From an uncultured Phycisphaeraceae bacterium (lineage in GTDB: Bacteria; Planctomycetota; Phycisphaerae; UBA1845), in the NCBI GenBank assembly GCA_964424105.1, contig CAYRHJ010000030.1:54227-118226 (forward strand): 64,000 nt of DNA, given 5' to 3'. The position numbers were made by a program, and so were the translations under genes. Numbering within the stretch: position 1 is the stretch's first letter; each line of letters begins with the position of its first letter. Positions 63,953 through 64,000 of this stretch are shown here, one piece after another. A model generated the notes under the pieces. That model was not told the DNA's origin and did not search any database. It worked only from the letters and a program-made list of their open reading frames with translations.

Positions 63953-64000
63953 ACCGTGATGGCCCGAAACGGACCCCCTACGCGATGATCTGTCGGAACG
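63943..64000 (-). CDS. imuA: Probable 3' end of imuA. The start lies beyond the window.
   Basis: An open frame ending TGA at 63943-63945 overlaps the imuB start by 8 nt. imuA-imuB-dnaE2 is the canonical order. Only 19 codons are visible. Confidence 0.35.
   Translation of the reverse strand, partial: VPTDHRVGGPFRAITVWR

Overview
This is a high-GC (about 60%) chromosomal window whose gene content is most consistent with a Planctomycetota (Pirellula-like) genome. It carries giant secreted multi-domain proteins: two S8 subtilases, Cys-rich CNxNGxPDxC and FCNGxExC repeat tracts, right-handed beta-helix modules, dockerin-like and PEP-CTERM tails, and many lipobox/Tat signals. Recognisable core genes are tmk (3' part beyond the window edge), accA, pilT, pdxJ, dapA, an MqnC/MqnE-type radical SAM enzyme, an NfeD-flotillin pair, a GT4 glycosyltransferase, an ECF sigma/anti-sigma pair, a TolC-like OMF, a MacA-like adaptor, a MacB-like ATPase, and an imuA(partial)-imuB-dnaE2 mutagenesis cassette at the 3' end. 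A translationally coupled + strand gene train (12009-24933) links a coiled-coil zinc-ribbon membrane protein, an ABC substrate-binding protein plus permease with no ATPase, an NHL-repeat lipoprotein, a BatA-like double-TM VWA giant, MoxR and DUF58. Between moxR and DUF58 sits a lower-GC islet encoding a DUF3800 protein, a DUF2283 protein and a UPF0175/DUF3368 (PIN-like) toxin-antitoxin pair; this is my best candidate for an accessory or defence-like module. Further on are an IS200/RAYT-like Y1 transposase flanked by 23-bp direct repeats, an orphan HicB antitoxin beside a 10-bp microsatellite, a 7-copy 21-bp tandem array upstream of a PEP-CTERM gene, and a decayed IS1182-like remnant embedded in nested repeats. 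At least three dispersed palindromic REP/MITE-like families are present, with copies lying in-frame inside dnaE2, imuB and the TolC-like gene. I found no rRNA, tRNA or CRISPR array. Gene starts were refined by eye from signal peptides, Shine-Dalgarno motifs and overlapping start/stop codons; all homology calls rest on motif recognition, not database searches.
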